Shown here piece by piece: positions 1 through 22,910 of a stretch of DNA of 64,000 nt. Position numbers and translations under genes: made by a program. How positions within the stretch are numbered: position 1 is the first letter of the stretch; the number at the start of each line of letters is the position of its first letter. The stretch lies in assembly GCF_009914755.1 (NCBI RefSeq), contig NC_060940.1; one strand, given 5' to 3'. A model generated the notes under the pieces. The model did no database searches, was not told the origin of the DNA, and saw only the letters and a list, made by a program, of their open reading frames with translations. The stretch is from the human T2T-CHM13v2.0 reference genome, Homo sapiens.

Positions 1-429
1 AGAAAAAAAGGAGCAGGCTCCTTTTTACTGCAGAACCCTGGATGGACAGGAAGCACCAGATAAGCTCTAAAAATGGAGTTGAATTTAGAGCTTAAAACAG
101 TTTGAAAGGCTGTATAGGATTCAGTAAATCCCTTCATTCGTTTCTTCCCTTTGTACAACCACCTCCACTTCCCAGCGAAAGACTGGAGGTTTACTCTTAA
201 GAGATGTTGAGCCCAAGGGACTCTGAACTGGGTGGGAGAGGAGAACTGAAAAATAGGAGGTATAAATTGAAGTCTGCATCCTCAACAATGAGGCCTCCAC
301 CCCTTCCACTCAGGTGTCAGAGTCTTGGCAGCAGGTTTAGACGCCCCCATAGGACTACTGTGAGGATTAAATGTGTTAATACCTGTAACATGTTCAGAAT
401 TGTGCTTGGTAAATAGTGAATGTTTAATA

Positions 430-727
<298 letters not shown>

Positions 728-1217
728 TAATGTTATTAACAAACTAAACAGTTTATTATTAAACCAAACTAAAAGTGGTTGCTTCTGTAGAGCCTGAATC
801 AGATGGGAAGAAATGATGTCGGGCACTGCTATTTTTCACTATAAGCTTTCAGGAATATTTGGCTTTTAAAATTATGTACATTTATAAGAAGTTTTAAGTA
901 AAAAGTAAAGGTCTGTCCCCACTGTCCACAACATATATAAATTTTAGAACAGGCTTCAGTCACACACCTATTCTTGTGGCTGGAAGCCCCACCAAAATCA
1001 CAGGAAATGTATAGTAGGGGGAGGAGCTGCTGTCCAAATGGGTAGGGGGTTTTGGGGTTAACACAAAGAATGTTTGGCAGAAAGGCTACTTCATAGATGG
1101 CAATGATTGTTGGCTATCTCTTTACAGTTAACAGTTCCCTGGGTTTTTTTTTTTTTAAACATACATACAAACATAGAAAGTGTCTATTTTAGTAATAGGA
1201 TCATACTACTTGTTTTG

Positions 1218-1497
<280 letters not shown>

Positions 1498-1524
1498 CTA
1501 GTTGAGTAATTTAGGAATGCTTTA

Positions 1525-1828
1525 TATATTTTTTGTTACTGTTGTTAGAGACAGGGTCTCACTCTTTGTTGCCCAGGCTGGAGTGCAATGGCTAAATCAC
1601 AGCTCACTGCAAACTTGAACTCCTTGGCTCATGCAATCCTCCCACCTCAGCTTCCTGGGTAGCCAGGACTACAGATGTGTGCCACTGTGCCTGGCTAATT
1701 TTTTAATTTTTTCTAGAGACAGGGTCTCACTTTGTTGCCAGGCTAGTCTTGAACTCCTGGCCTAAAGTGATCTCCTGCCTTGGCCTCCCAAAGTATTAGG
1801 TTACAGGCGTTAGCCACTGTGCCCAGCT
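1525..1828 (-). mobile_element. AluJ-like
   Basis: Full dimer; degenerate TSD. Confidence 0.92.
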
Positions 1829-2440
1829 AAGGAGTGCTTTAGAAGACTCCCTGGAGGCAACATAGTTGGCCCAAGATAGTAGAAACAGTTTCTACCTAGT
1901 TTCTCTAGAAAGCGCTAGTGTCCTTATCTTCTAGTATGAATAAAATCTTAGGGATGGAGGAGGTGGTGAAAACTGCCTTAAACAGCATTGTTCATTTCAG
2001 TAAGTGGAACTTTTAATAACCTTTCTAGTTTCCTGCGTTGCTTCAGAAGACAAGTGTTAACAAGCCATTCTCCTGACTTTAAGCTTGCAATAAAGATTCT
2101 AGCACAGCATGTGATTTGTCCAGAGAATTAAACATGCAAGCTTGCATGTTATTTGGAGGCTTATTATGACCTTCTCAGCCTTTCCATTTCTAAAATGATT
2201 TCTCTCTTTTGAGTCATTAATCCTAAGTATGCATGTGTGTGTGCATGCATGTGTATTTGTGTGCTGTCATTTATTCAAAGGTGTTTTTACTTAAGTTGAT
2301 TAATCCAAATGCATTGAAAATGATGCTGACCAAATTAATTCTATTTAAAGCTTAGTTGTTAGCCAAATGCTATATAAAATCTTGTCTAGGAACAGTCTTA
2401 ATCCTTTCAAATATTTAATACTTAAAAAAAGACTCTAGAT

Positions 2441-2807
2441 CAGGGGTCTCCAACCCCCAGGCCACGGACTGGTACTGTTCTGTGGCCTGTTAGGAACCAG
2501 GCCGCATAACTGGAGGTGAGCAGCGCCCAAGTGAGCTTTACCACCTGAGCGCCGCCTCCTGTCAGATCAGCAGCAGCATTAGATTCTCATAGGAGCACAA
2601 ACCCTGTTGTGAACCGTGCATGCGAGGGATCTAGGTTGCGCAGTCCTTATGAGAATCTAACTAACACCTGATGATCTGAGGTGGGACAGTTTCATCCTGA
2701 AACCATTCCCCGCCCCTCTCCCCCTCCCGCCCCTGCCAACCCCAGTGTGTGGAAAAATTGTCTTCCATGAAACCGGTCCCTGGTGCCAAAAGGGTTGGGG
2801 ATCACTA
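2441..2807 (+). mobile_element. MER1B-like hAT-Charlie DNA transposon
   Basis: TIRs caggggtctccaacc / ggttggggatcacta; diagnostic cagcattagattctcataggagc core. Confidence 0.88.
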
Positions 2808-3009
2808 CTGTCAATCATTTGCACAGATGGCTCGAAGACACTGGCTTCTAGATGAAACTGAACACTACCCCTCCATTCTTTACTTACTAGAATTAGACTG
2901 TCAAAATGTCGGGAGTGAGTCAGGGCAGGAATCCCTGAGGAGGAAACCTCCTTTTGAGAAGCAGATCCAGGACCCTCTGACATAGTCAGAAAGTAACAGG
3001 TCATTTTTT

Positions 3010-4795
3010 ATAAAGAGTTTTTTTTTAGAGCAGTTTTAGATTCACAACAAAATTGAACAGAAGAGACAGAGATTTCCCTTACACTCCCTGCACTCACACA
3101 ACATAGCCTCCTCCATTGTCACCATCTCCCACCAGAGTGATGCATTTTTTGCAGCTGATCAGTCTACATTGACACATCACCACCCAACGTCCATAGTTTA
3201 CACTAGGGCTCACTCTTGGTGTTGTACAGCCTATGGATTTGGACAAATTTGCAATGCCCTGTATCTACCATGATGGTATCATACAGAATAGTTTCACCAC
3301 CCTAAAAATCCTCTATGCTCCACCTGTTCTGTTCTCCCTCTCTCCTCACCCCGGCAACCCTTGATCTTTTTACTGTCTCCATAGTTTTGCCTTTTCCAAA
3401 ATGTAATATGGGTGAAATCATACAGCATGTGGCCTTTTCAGCTTGGCTTCTTTCCCTTAGTAATATGCATTCGAGTTTCCTCCATGTCTTTTCATAGCTT
3501 GATTGCCCATTTTTTGGTGCTGTTTTTCCATTGTTTGGATGTATCACAGTTTATTGATGCATTCACCTACTGAAGGACATCTTGGTTACTTCCAAGTTTT
3601 AACAATTATGACTAGAGCTGCTATAAACAACCATGTGCAGGTTTTTGTGTGGACATAAGTTTTCAACTCATTTGGATAAATATCAAGGCAAGCAATGGCT
3701 AGACTGTATGGTGAAAGTATGTTTAGTTTTGTAAGAAACTGCCAAACTGTCTGCCTAAGTGGCTGTACCATTTTGCATTCCCAGCAGCAATGAATGAATG
3801 AGAGAGCTCCTGTTGATCTCCATCCTCACCAGCATTCCTGGTGAAATCAGTTCTCTGGATTTTGGCCATTCTATTAGGTGTGTAACAGTATATCACCAGT
3901 GCTTTCATTTCCAGTTCTCCAGTGACATAGGATGTGGAGCATCTTTTCATATGCTTTTTTGCCGTCTGTATATTTTCTTTGGTGAGATGTCGGTTCAGGA
4001 CTTTTGCTCATTTTTAATTGGGCTCTTTTCTTTTCAAGATAGGATCTCTCTCTGTCACACAGGCTGGAGTGCAGTGACACCATCATGGCTTACTGCAGCC
4101 TTGACCTCCTGGGCTCAAGCAGTCCTCCCACCTCAGTCTCCTGAGTAGCTGGGACTATAGGCACTTGCCACTATGCCTGGCTAATTTTTTTTTTTTTTTT
4201 TTGAGATAGGATCTCACTCCGTTGCCCAGGCTGGAGTGTAGTGGTGCTATCTCAGCTCACTGCAACCTCCACTTCCTGGTTCAAGCGATTCTTCCACCTC
4301 AGCCTCCCGAGTAGCTGAGACCACAGGTGTGCCACCATGCCCAGATAATTTTTTGGTAGAGACAGGGTTCACCATGTTGGCCAGGCTGGTCTCGACTCCT
4401 AACCTCAAGTGATCTACCCACCTCAGCCTCCCAAAGTGCTGGGATTACAGGCGTGAGCCACCGTGCTCAACCCAGGTTTTCTTATTATTGAGCTTTAAGA
4501 GTTCTCTGTAAATTTTGGAAAACAGTCTCTTGTCAGACTGTTGTGGATGAATATTTTCTCCCAGTCTGTGGCTTCTCTTTGTATTCTCTTGACAGTGTCT
4601 TTCGCAGAGCAGGAATTTTTAACTTCAGTGAAGTCCAGCTTATCATTACTTTCTTTCACGGATTGTGCCTTTGGTGTTGTATCTGAAAAGTCATCACCAT
4701 ACCCAAGATCATCTAGATTTTTCATGTTATCTTCGAGGAGTTTATAATTTTGTATTTTGCATTGCAGTCCGTGATCCATTTTAAGTTAATTTACA
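3010..4795 (-). mobile_element. L1M 3' region, interrupted by Alus
   Basis: Typical old-L1 3' motifs (tttgtgtggacataagttttcaactcatttgg, aactgccaaactgt, ttgcattcccagcagcaatg). Confidence 0.85.
4027..4474 (-). mobile_element. AluJ right arm plus adjacent full Alu
   Basis: Alu consensus; junction at the T-run near 4186-4202. Confidence 0.9.
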
Positions 4796-5025
4796 AGTCA
4801 TTTTGCTTTTTAATTTTCAGGCAAAATTCATGAAAAGTTAAGGAAGTTGGAGTAGCATATTAAAACATTTGGAAAAGTATGAATAGGCTTTCTCATTTAT
4901 TAAGTGTATGGCCTTAAACAAACAACCTTTTAAAGTCTCAGATTCTTCATTTCACAATGAGGATAATAGTACTGACCTCATAGAGTTGATATGAGAACTA
5001 AATGAGATTGTACATGTGAAACACT

Positions 5026-5186
5026 TGGGAGCTTCCCGCTTGCTGAACATGTGGAGATGCTGGGAGTGGGGCTAGCCCAGAGAGGGCATGGAAGCTACAC
5101 CCCCACCCGCTTGTCCTATCCATCTGTCTGTTCATCTGTGTCCTTTGTAATAACCTTTATAATAAACCGGTAAATGTTTAAAAAAA
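5026..5186 (+). mobile_element. MER21-like LTR fragment ending in an A-tail, inserted in a MIR
   Basis: cccagagagggcatggaagct...tcctttgtaataacctttataataaaccggtaaa resembles MER21; A11 tail; TSD aaacact. Confidence 0.72.
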
Positions 5187-5349
5187 AAACACTGAACATC
5201 ACATCTGCATGGTAAGTAGCAGTTGTTCTGGATGGTTCTTGCTATCATGATGTAGATGAAGAAGATGAGGATGTAGACATAAGATGTAAGGAGAATTATG
5301 ATTTTTTTTTTTCATTCCTCATTGATTCTCAATTCCCTTTTTTGGGTAG

Positions 5350-5589
<240 letters not shown>

Positions 5590-6021
5590 TAGGAGAACCT
5601 AGATAAAGAAGTTAGTTTGTTAATGAGAATTCTCTCCAAAGTAGAGAACAAGAAAGTTGCACCATTTCTACTCTGTCACCTGCATAGACTTCACTATCAG
5701 AAGGGCAGGGTCCTTTCTACCTGTTACAATCTTAATTTGGGAACATCTAGCCTGGTGTTTTGCATCTGAGGTGAATACTAGATTTTCTGGCTCTCACTCT
5801 CCAAAGCTCAGCCCTTGTTTCTGCTACTGTTGTTGGGGAAAGTCCTCAACTGGTTGCATAGGATCCATCTATTTTGAATGCTCCATTTTAGCACAGGATT
5901 CATTCTTCATCCCTTATCAGGTAGCATGTTAAAGCTTTGCTTCCAGCCACTTTTAAGTATGTATGTCTTTTACATACCTAATTTATAATTTTTAAATTTA
6001 TTTTTTTAAACACTACATATT

Positions 6022-6334
<313 letters not shown>

Positions 6335-6339
6335 CCTAC

Positions 6340-6750
6340 ATATTGCATACTTGTGTGCCACACATACTAAGCTAGGGTGCTGGGAATACAGCAGGGGACA
6401 GGGCAGACCGTCATGAAACTTGCAGTCCAGTAAGGAAGTCAGACACTAAATGACTGTTCAGAAATGTACTTAGAATTGAATGAAGGGTCTCAAAAGAGAA
6501 GTGGCGGGTACCAAGAGCACATAACATCTAACCTAGGCTGGGAAGATTTCCACTGAGGAAGTGTAAGCGTAAGCTAAGATTTGAAGGAAACTCTTCCAAG
6601 TAAGGAAAACATCACGTACAAAGGCTTAGAAGCAGCAAAGAGCTTGGTATACTTGAGACACTGATGGAAGGCTGGTGTTAGTGAATTGTAGAGACCAAGG
6701 GGAAGAGCATGCCTGCAAGGACAAAAGATAGTCAAGGGCTAGACCATGCA
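6340..6750 (+). mobile_element. L2 fragment
   Basis: gtgctgggaatacagcag...ctgaggaagtg...aaaggcttagaagcag motifs; strand given as the orientation these motifs read in. Confidence 0.7.
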
Positions 6751-7133
6751 TGTGTGTGTGACTGGCTGATTACATACCGAGTTAGGTGAGGAGTCTGCAG
6801 GAAAGCAGAATAGGCTTAGTGTGAGTCTTATGAAATCTACCCTGCAGCCAGCCTGCTCATAACCCTTAGCAATGAGTAGGATACCCTCTGGGAATGGATT
6901 TTTGAGCTTGAGGATTCAAATCTGATTCTGATTCTCGATGTATTAGAATATACCTTTCACTAGCCTGTCTAAAAGGAAAGGGAATTTTATCTGGGCCTGT
7001 TATTAGTGTGAAGCCCATTTCTTTAGATTTACTTAGCACTTCTAATTATATATTTTCCATATTGTTTTAAAAAAAAAGCTTTTGGTTCAGTTTCTAGAGC
7101 CATAGTATACCCTTGCTGTTAGAACTGTCAAGG

Positions 7134-7742
<609 letters not shown>

Positions 7743-8520
7743 GGAATCATTTTTCTTAAGTTGTATTCTTATTGGATTTAGTTGGCCAAATAGATTTTTG
7801 TTTTGTTTTGTTTTGTTTTTTTTTGGTTGAATATTGATTTGAATAGTCTTTTTCCACAAGGTGAGAGTGTGCTTTTTTTTTTTTTTTTTTTTTTGGCTTC
7901 TCTTTACTTCACACTTATCATTTCAAACCACATCCCAATGTAAGATAGATCACAAAAATCTCCATTTCCCTTTCTAGAAGCCCATTGTTGGAGGGCTGGC
8001 TGTGCACATTAGTTGTGTTCTAAGACAGACTCACCTGACTGATATCAAGGTTATACCTTGCAGGCCCCTGCCTTTCTGTGAGCCATCCTGACTCACTGAT
8101 TACATCCGGCATTCCTCTGACTTTGCAGTTAGTTAAGTGAACATAAGCACGTCACCCCCTATACCTTTGCCCTAGATCTACTACTTTTTTTCTGTTTGAA
8201 TCATGGATTTGTAAATGGCTTCTATAGTAATGCTGGATTTTCTTTCTTTGTATTAGAAAAAAATGTCATGGTTCTGAATTGTGTTTTCAGTTAATCATTG
8301 TCAGGCTAACAATATACTGTTTTTTCCTATTTCTTACTAGGATTCGTTGTTTTGGCTTATTAAAAAAGAATCTAACATCATCTGAACCTTTTTTGTTTCT
8401 AATTTATGTAATCAAAGTGATTATTAGAACATTGTGTCTGGGAAGAGGAGTTAATTTGGAAAAAGCATGTATTTAAGACTGCTGACAACAACAACAAAAA
8501 CAAAATTAAAAAAAAAAAAA

Positions 8521-8868
<348 letters not shown>

Positions 8869-8983
8869 TCATTTTCTAAATTTCAGAGTTAGTCACCACT
8901 AAAAGTATTATACATTGGTTACTCCTCCCTGTCCCCTCAAGAAGCAGTTTCTGCATGATGTTGTATTGTCCATTGGTCTCTAA

Positions 8984-9523
<540 letters not shown>

Positions 9524-10068
9524 TGCTTAGGTCATGTTTTTGATCAAAGACCATTGCTCAGACTCTTTGGCAGAAAGGTTACCAGGAGCATGGACTGTGT
9601 TTTAGGTGCTGCTGACTTACATATTAGAATCATTGCAAACGATTAGAGGCTGGGGTAGAAGTAGTGGTAAGCAAGCTAGAGGTCTATTGCAGAATGGAGG
9701 AAGGGGAGAGAGGGACGAGCCGCTGAAATCTGTTGCATGCTGGTGAGGCGAATTGGTTGAGTCAGTTCCTGTGCTACAATGCTGTCCTTTCTCTTCTTCA
9801 CCGAGCCCAATTTGGGTGCTCTATAGAACTGCTTGGGAAAATTCCCATTATTTCAAGCTGTTATATAGAACTCCAAAGAGCAGACAATCCTTCTTAATTG
9901 CTGTTGCTTTCAAGCAGCCTCATTTAGAGATGTCTTACTTTCTGCCATATTTAATAAACCTGCCACAGTAGGTACTTAATTAACAGTTTTTGAATGGATG
10001 GATAAATGGAAGGAAGAAAGAATAAAAGGAAGAAAGGAAAGGTGATGTCTAATGAAGGAGGCATGATT

Positions 10069-10085
10069 TGTTTTGTTTTGTTTTG

Positions 10086-10115
<30 letters not shown>
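10069..10115. repeat. (TTTTG)n microsatellite
   Basis: Read directly. Confidence 0.95.
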
Positions 10116-10116
<1 letters not shown>

Positions 10117-10550
10117 CAAAAGGGCATGAGCTCAAAAAGTTGAAAAACACTGCCCTCACCCATAGTGAGCAACCTCCAGATCTGGGCACACCCATGGGAG
10201 TGTTGTGAATGTTAGTCATGTGTTATCAGGGGCAAAGGAGAGCCATGCTTCTTGTTTTCACAGGCTTTCACTTGATTATCCTCTAGGTAATCCAGTCTTT
10301 TATCAGAATTTCCCTAGAGTGGAGAGGCATCCTTCAACTGCTTGTATGCAGGTGATCAAACTGGCTAAAAAAGCCCTTACTTGCAAACCACAGTGCCTCC
10401 AATTTTACAACTTAAAAAGAAAATGACTTTCCAGTTAACTAAGCTGACTAGTTCTCTCTAATTCTTTTGCTTTTGAGATTAAACCATCTATTTCTGGAAT
10501 TGTCTTCATTGTGCTCATTTATACACATCGTTAAAGATTTTCAGAGCTTT

Positions 10551-12310
<1,760 letters not shown>

Positions 12311-12446
12311 TGGTTTTTTTTTTTAGAAGAAATTGTTATATAGAAGAGAAATTAAAAAAGAGGCCAAATAGACTGTAGGTAAATTATTCTCATTTTAGAT
12401 GCTTTAAAAAAGTCCATGATACAACCGAGGCACTGAATGAAGTTTA

Positions 12447-13024
<578 letters not shown>

Positions 13025-13170
13025 TAAGATCCTTAAGGTATTCAAATTTTCAGGGTCTCCTGAAGCCTCATCTGATAATTTCTCCAGTGTTTTCAAACAG
13101 AAAAGTATTACCATTGATTCTTACTTTTCATTGATCACACATACACCTTTTGGGTGGCAGTGGGTGAGGG

Positions 13171-13231
13171 GGGTGCTTTCCAGTGAAGACCAGAAAACCT
13201 GCTAGACAAATTCTAATAGAGCTGTAACACT
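13171..13231 (-). pseudogene. U7 snRNA pseudogene (RNU7-type)
   Basis: Minus strand reads AGTGTTACAGCTCTATTAGAATTTGTCTAGCAGGTTTTCTGGTCTTCACTGGAAAGCACCC; U7 Sm/Lsm site AATTTGTCTAG intact; candidate TSD cat(a/g)caccttt at 13140-13150 and 13232-13242. Confidence 0.92.
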
Positions 13232-13439
13232 CATGCACCTTTCTTAGTAGTAAGGCATATGACATTATTCAGACAAAGCTTCCATGGAGAATAAAATGTT
13301 ATATAATTTTCACTTCCACTTTCCAGAAGAAATCCCTTTCTTCCCGTTTTCTCTGTGATCCCTTCCAGATCTATGGTGCACTTGCATACTGACTGGCCAC
13401 TTTAGATCATGTAGTTAAGAACAGCCTTATCTTTTCAAG

Positions 13440-13675
13440 GGAGACTGCGTAGGGTATTGGGTGAGAGTGTGGGCTCTGATCCCAGTTTCTTGAGTTCACA
13501 TCTTACTATCTTCCAGTCTGTGACCTTGGGCATGTTACTTAACCGTTCTGTTTCCACCTGTTTAAAATGTAGATAATAATAGTCATTATATCACAAGGAT
13601 ATGAATGTGTGTGTGTGTGTTTTATCTTAGAAAAGAACCTGTATATGATAAGTGTTCAATAAATGTTAGGTATGA
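13440..13675 (+). mobile_element. MIR
   Basis: tgtgaccttgggcatgttacttaacc...tgtttaaaatg core. Confidence 0.75.
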
Positions 13676-13842
13676 TTATTCAACAAATGGTATTCAGTGC
13701 TGGACCCAGGCAATACACTGATTACACCATGAGCAAGATTTGATCCCTGCCCTTTTTTCTCAGAATATGTTTCCTGGTGCTCAGGTCATATTGAAATTTG
13801 CTATGTTAATTTGGGTTTGACATTTTTTATTTCATTTTGTAG

Positions 13843-14875
<1,033 letters not shown>

Positions 14876-15180
14876 TTCAAAATTTTTGCATGCAAGAAAT
14901 GCTGTGGGCAGTCAGGAAAAAGAGAAAGTTGAAATCTTCTGGAGGATGTAGGCCTTAATATGGCCATAACAAACTAGTAAAGTTTGAGCAGATGAAAGAG
15001 GGGTGGGATAGCTTGAACAAATTCCCAGAGATGGGAAAGTACCTTTTGTGATAAATAGGTCTGCTTCAACACTGTGACCCAGCCCAGATAAGCCACCTGT
15101 TTTCTCTGGGCATCTTTAGTGGGGCGTTGGGCAAAACTGGGTCTCCTCCCCTCTTCTCTCCCTTCATCGTGGTGAAATAG

Positions 15181-15560
<380 letters not shown>

Positions 15561-16462
15561 TAATTAAACCTTCTTCTGCTGTACATAATTGGTCACCAAG
15601 TCCTGTCAATTCTTTTTTCAAAGAAGTCTTTCAAATGTATCTTATCCTCTTTATTTCCATGGCCATTACCCTAAATTAAGCTTCCCTTGCTTACTCCATA
15701 AAAGATTCCCTACCTTCAAAACTGGCCGTCTTCCTAACTGGGGTAATTTTAGGCTCTCCGTACATACTTCACATGTAGAGACCAGCAGCATCAAGTTGAT
15801 GTCAAGAATTACTGTGCCAACGAAGAACACAGCATTATATATGGAGCAGACACTTCCGTCTTCCTTTCTCTGGCTCTCATGTTGGGGCCTAAACCTAACA
15901 TATCATGTAATATCTTCCAGATAAGCTGTACTCACTGTAGTTGATACCCCTGATAGGTTCCTAAATTGTAAGATATTTTGAGAGTAATTTGTTACTAATA
16001 TCAATTAAAGTGCTGAAATTTACAAGATTTTCAAAAATAAATTAGAACAGATTCAAAGTTATCTCAATAATAACATCTCTATCTCACTTGCACTTCCATA
16101 TGCTTTGTGAGTACAAGAGAAAAGGATCAAATTGCAGCAAATGTGCCATCCATTGCACATAACCCCAAACCTTGTCTCTTGTGTGTCACACCCCGTAGTC
16201 TGTCATGCCATATGTGAGAATGTTATTCACCATGGCTGTCATGGAAAAATGTTGAGGATTGTTCTTCCATCGGTTTCCAGGACTACTGCTGGAAGAATAC
16301 AAGTATCTCCCCCAGTCTCTATACTTTTTTAATGGTTATAAAAATGAGACTTAAGCATATATGCCATTTCCCCCACAAAACTCTGTCAGACCAGTTTCTA
16401 CCCAAGAAAAACAAGAAGCGAAGCATTTACTCCTTTGAGCTGCTGATAAGGGAGCCTCTTAA

Positions 16463-16597
<135 letters not shown>

Positions 16598-16870
16598 TAA
16601 GTATGTGGACCAGAGACTGTATCATGTTTATTTGCACAAAATCTCTAAAGTCCTAGGGCCAGGAGACTACTGGTCATTTTGTCCGTCTTCCTGCCTCCTA
16701 GCTAGGACACTTTAAGTCATAATAATAATATTCCTGAAGGGTTTCCAAAGAGTCCCTATAGAGTTTCAGTGTCTCATAATGATGAGGAAGTTTTTATTAA
16801 TGTTTACATATTCTGTAGATTAAATCGTATTTCCTCTAATTCAAGGAGGTAAAGAATGACTCACACATGA

Positions 16871-17252
<382 letters not shown>

Positions 17253-17579
17253 TAAAAGAACTCAGGGTATTAAATATTTTCTTATCAAAAAATTTTTTGC
17301 AGTAACTTTATTTCTCTTTTTATGGTTCTTTGTTGTTCTCCACATCCCCTTTAACTTGTGGGCTCCAAATCTAGAGAGGATGTAGAGAATAAGGCACCCT
17401 TCCCAAAAGGTCCAGAAGCAGACATGGTGAGGTCAGAGTTAACTCAGTTTCCCTTGGCTCCATCAGCGAGGTACAGTCAACAGACCACCTGGGTTGGCCA
17501 TCCCATTACCATGCGTTGGCAAATTACTTAATCCCTGTGGGCTTCAATTTTTTGTTATCTGTGAAAAGGGGACTAAATA

Positions 17580-19100
<1,521 letters not shown>

Positions 19101-19389
19101 CTAAGGAAATTTGAATAAATTATAAACTTCAGTTGATAATAAAGTGTCAATATTAGTTTACTATTCTATCATAAAATGTTTATTAATAAAAAGGGGGCTT
19201 AATATTAGGATTAAATGAGTTAATTCCTTGCAACTGCTTAGCACAGTGTTCAATATGTGTTAGCTATTAATATTTTAGTGTTGTTATCATCATCAGAATC
19301 TTCACTATTACGTCTACTGTTGGATGACTAGGTAATAATGTGGTGATCTCTGTAACTTCTCAGATCTGAAGCCTGAGTAGGCCGATTCT

Positions 19390-20110
<721 letters not shown>

Positions 20111-20317
20111 AATGCCCTTCTTCACGTTGATGTGTTCTGTTTACCTCCCAGAGGCAAGGTTGTCAGTGAGCACAAAGGTAAGTGCAGGTTCTTACTGGCT
20201 AATTCTTTCAGGGTTTAATGTGGATATGCTCTATACAGACTTAGTACTTGAAGCTTAAGAGAGCATGCAGAGGGGAAATCGTATAGCAAAGAAGGCCTGA
20301 GCCTTGGAATTCTGGAA

Positions 20318-20620
20318 TTTTTTTTTTTTTTTTTTAGAGACAGAGTCTTGCTCTGTCACTCAGGGTAGAGTATAGTGGCATGATCGTGGTTCATTGTTAC
20401 CTCTAACTCCTGGGCTCAAGCAGTCCTACCACGTCTGCCTCCTGAGTAGCTGGGACTACAGATGCATGCCAACACACATCAGGCTAATTTTTTAAAAAAC
20501 ATTTTGTAGAGATGGGGGTCTCACTATGTTGCCCAGGCTCAAACTCCTAGACTTAAGCAATCCTCTTACTTCAGCCTCCCAAAGTGCTGGGATTGCAGGC
20601 ATGAGCCACTGTGCCCAGCC
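20318..20620 (-). mobile_element. AluJ-like
   Basis: Full dimer. Confidence 0.92.
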
Positions 20621-22174
20621 AAATTCTTTCTTTATTCAACAAAAATTTTGTATATCTCCTATATACAAAACACTTTAGATTAACTGAAAGTTGTAATTAG
20701 GTTCAAAAGCAAAAAGAGAATTATTCAAAGAGACAAAATGACCACCCAAAGTGGTAAAGGACAACTAGGTGAGAACGAAAGCTCTACGAGTAACGGGTTT
20801 CAAGAGAGAAAGTAATTACCTGCAGCTGAGAGGCCAAAGAGTGCAGGAATTGAGATAGGCCTGGGGGTCCAGGAGGCCACATGACCATAAGTTGTGCTTA
20901 TGGAAGTCAGATAAATCAAAGAAGCAAGAACCTAAAGTGCTTATAATTCAGAAGTTTCAGAACACAAGTCATCCTGTACTTTCCCCAAGAAACTGTACTA
21001 CTGTCAAGGAGATGTTTTTCATTGATTTATTTTTTTTAAGACTGGATTTTTGGGAATGGGTGGCATGTCATTCTAATGTGACCACTTTGCTGTTTGGAAT
21101 AAGCGTCTTAGTTGATTAACCCACTGAGCTCATTAGCCTCTAGGGCCTGCTATCAAAATCGCAGCTGTTGGTGTTGTGTTTGTTTTTAGTAATTTTCGTT
21201 GGTGTGCAAATCAGTTACTAGCTAATTTGGTGATGAAGAACATGAGGGGTAGAGGCGTAATTTCTGTTCTCAGCTCCCCAAGATGATGGACAAGTTTGGA
21301 CTAATTGATGTTTTTGGTGTTTGTAATATGCACTTAAAAGCCAAGGCTTCAGGTGAGTTTCCCATTAAAGAAAATAGCTGAATTTTCCCACCTGCATTGC
21401 CAGTGTAGTTTGCCTGGGCCTAAAGCACTACAGGAACAAAGCCATTCTGGGCTCCCAGTCAGACAAGACCAGCCCACTTGTCCTGTAGTACAGGATGGGG
21501 AGTGCCTGGTTGTGGTTTGAGTAGCATTCAGTTGTGGGGACTGTGTATTTTTAAAGTTTTCCTTTTTTGAGCTGCCCAAATGGCTCCATGTGGAAGTTAT
21601 AGTGTACTTTTTGCTTAATTTATTGATGTTTTATATTTCTTTTATAAAGTCTTACCAACTTTGCAGTCTAGGTGGAGAGCAGAAGAGAATAAAATACAGC
21701 AGTTCATTCAACGGCTATATATTGATGCCTGACTTAGAAATTTCTGATGTCTATATTATCTATCACAGCAATCTGAGAACTCAATACCCTAGGAGTTAAA
21801 TTTAATTTTAGGAAAAACTGTGTGTATCTCTGTTTATTCTTACTGAGAAGCAGTGGTTGACTTAGTCATTCTAGCAGCTTCTCCCAGGTACTCAATAACA
21901 GCTTCTTCAGGCAGAGAATTATGTATAAAGTCTCTGAGTTCCGGTTACCCTATAGAGTTTACAGATAGAGAACTTAATCTTACACAGACAAAGATAAATG
22001 TCTCCCCTTTTGTATTCCTTGTATATTCTTTCTTCACTGTTTTTATCATCATTATTATTATACAAGTAATATATTCTCAATGTTTTTAAAAAATTTCAAC
22101 AAGAATGAAGTATATAAGGTAAAAGGCAGAAGCCCTTCTCTTTTCCAAAATGGGAGTTAGAATATGTCCTTGAA

Positions 22175-22479
22175 GGCTAGGCTCAGTGACTCATGCCTGT
22201 AATCCCAACATTTTGGGAGGCTGAGGTGGGAGGATTGCTTGAGCCCAAGAATTCAAGACCAGCCTAGGCAACATAGTGAGACCTTGTCTCCACACACACA
22301 AAAATAAAAATTAGCTAGGTGTGCTGGTGTGCACCTGTAGTCCCAACTATTTAGGAGGCTTAGGTGGGAGGATCACTTGAGCCCAGGAGGTTAAGGCTGC
22401 AGAGAGTCATGATTGCACCACTGCACTCCATCCTAGGTGACAGAGTGACACCTTATCTCAAAAAGAAAATTTAAAAAAA
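22175..22479 (+). mobile_element. AluJ-like
   Basis: Full dimer. Confidence 0.92.
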
Positions 22480-22603
22480 GGATACATCTTTGAGATTCCC
22501 ATAGTGTACATTAGATATTTGGGCATTTTTTCACATTTTAGTTTTGAAATAGATGTTCAATAATGAGTATGATAAATAAGTGATATTCTTCAATAAGACA
22601 TAG

Positions 22604-22910
<307 letters not shown>

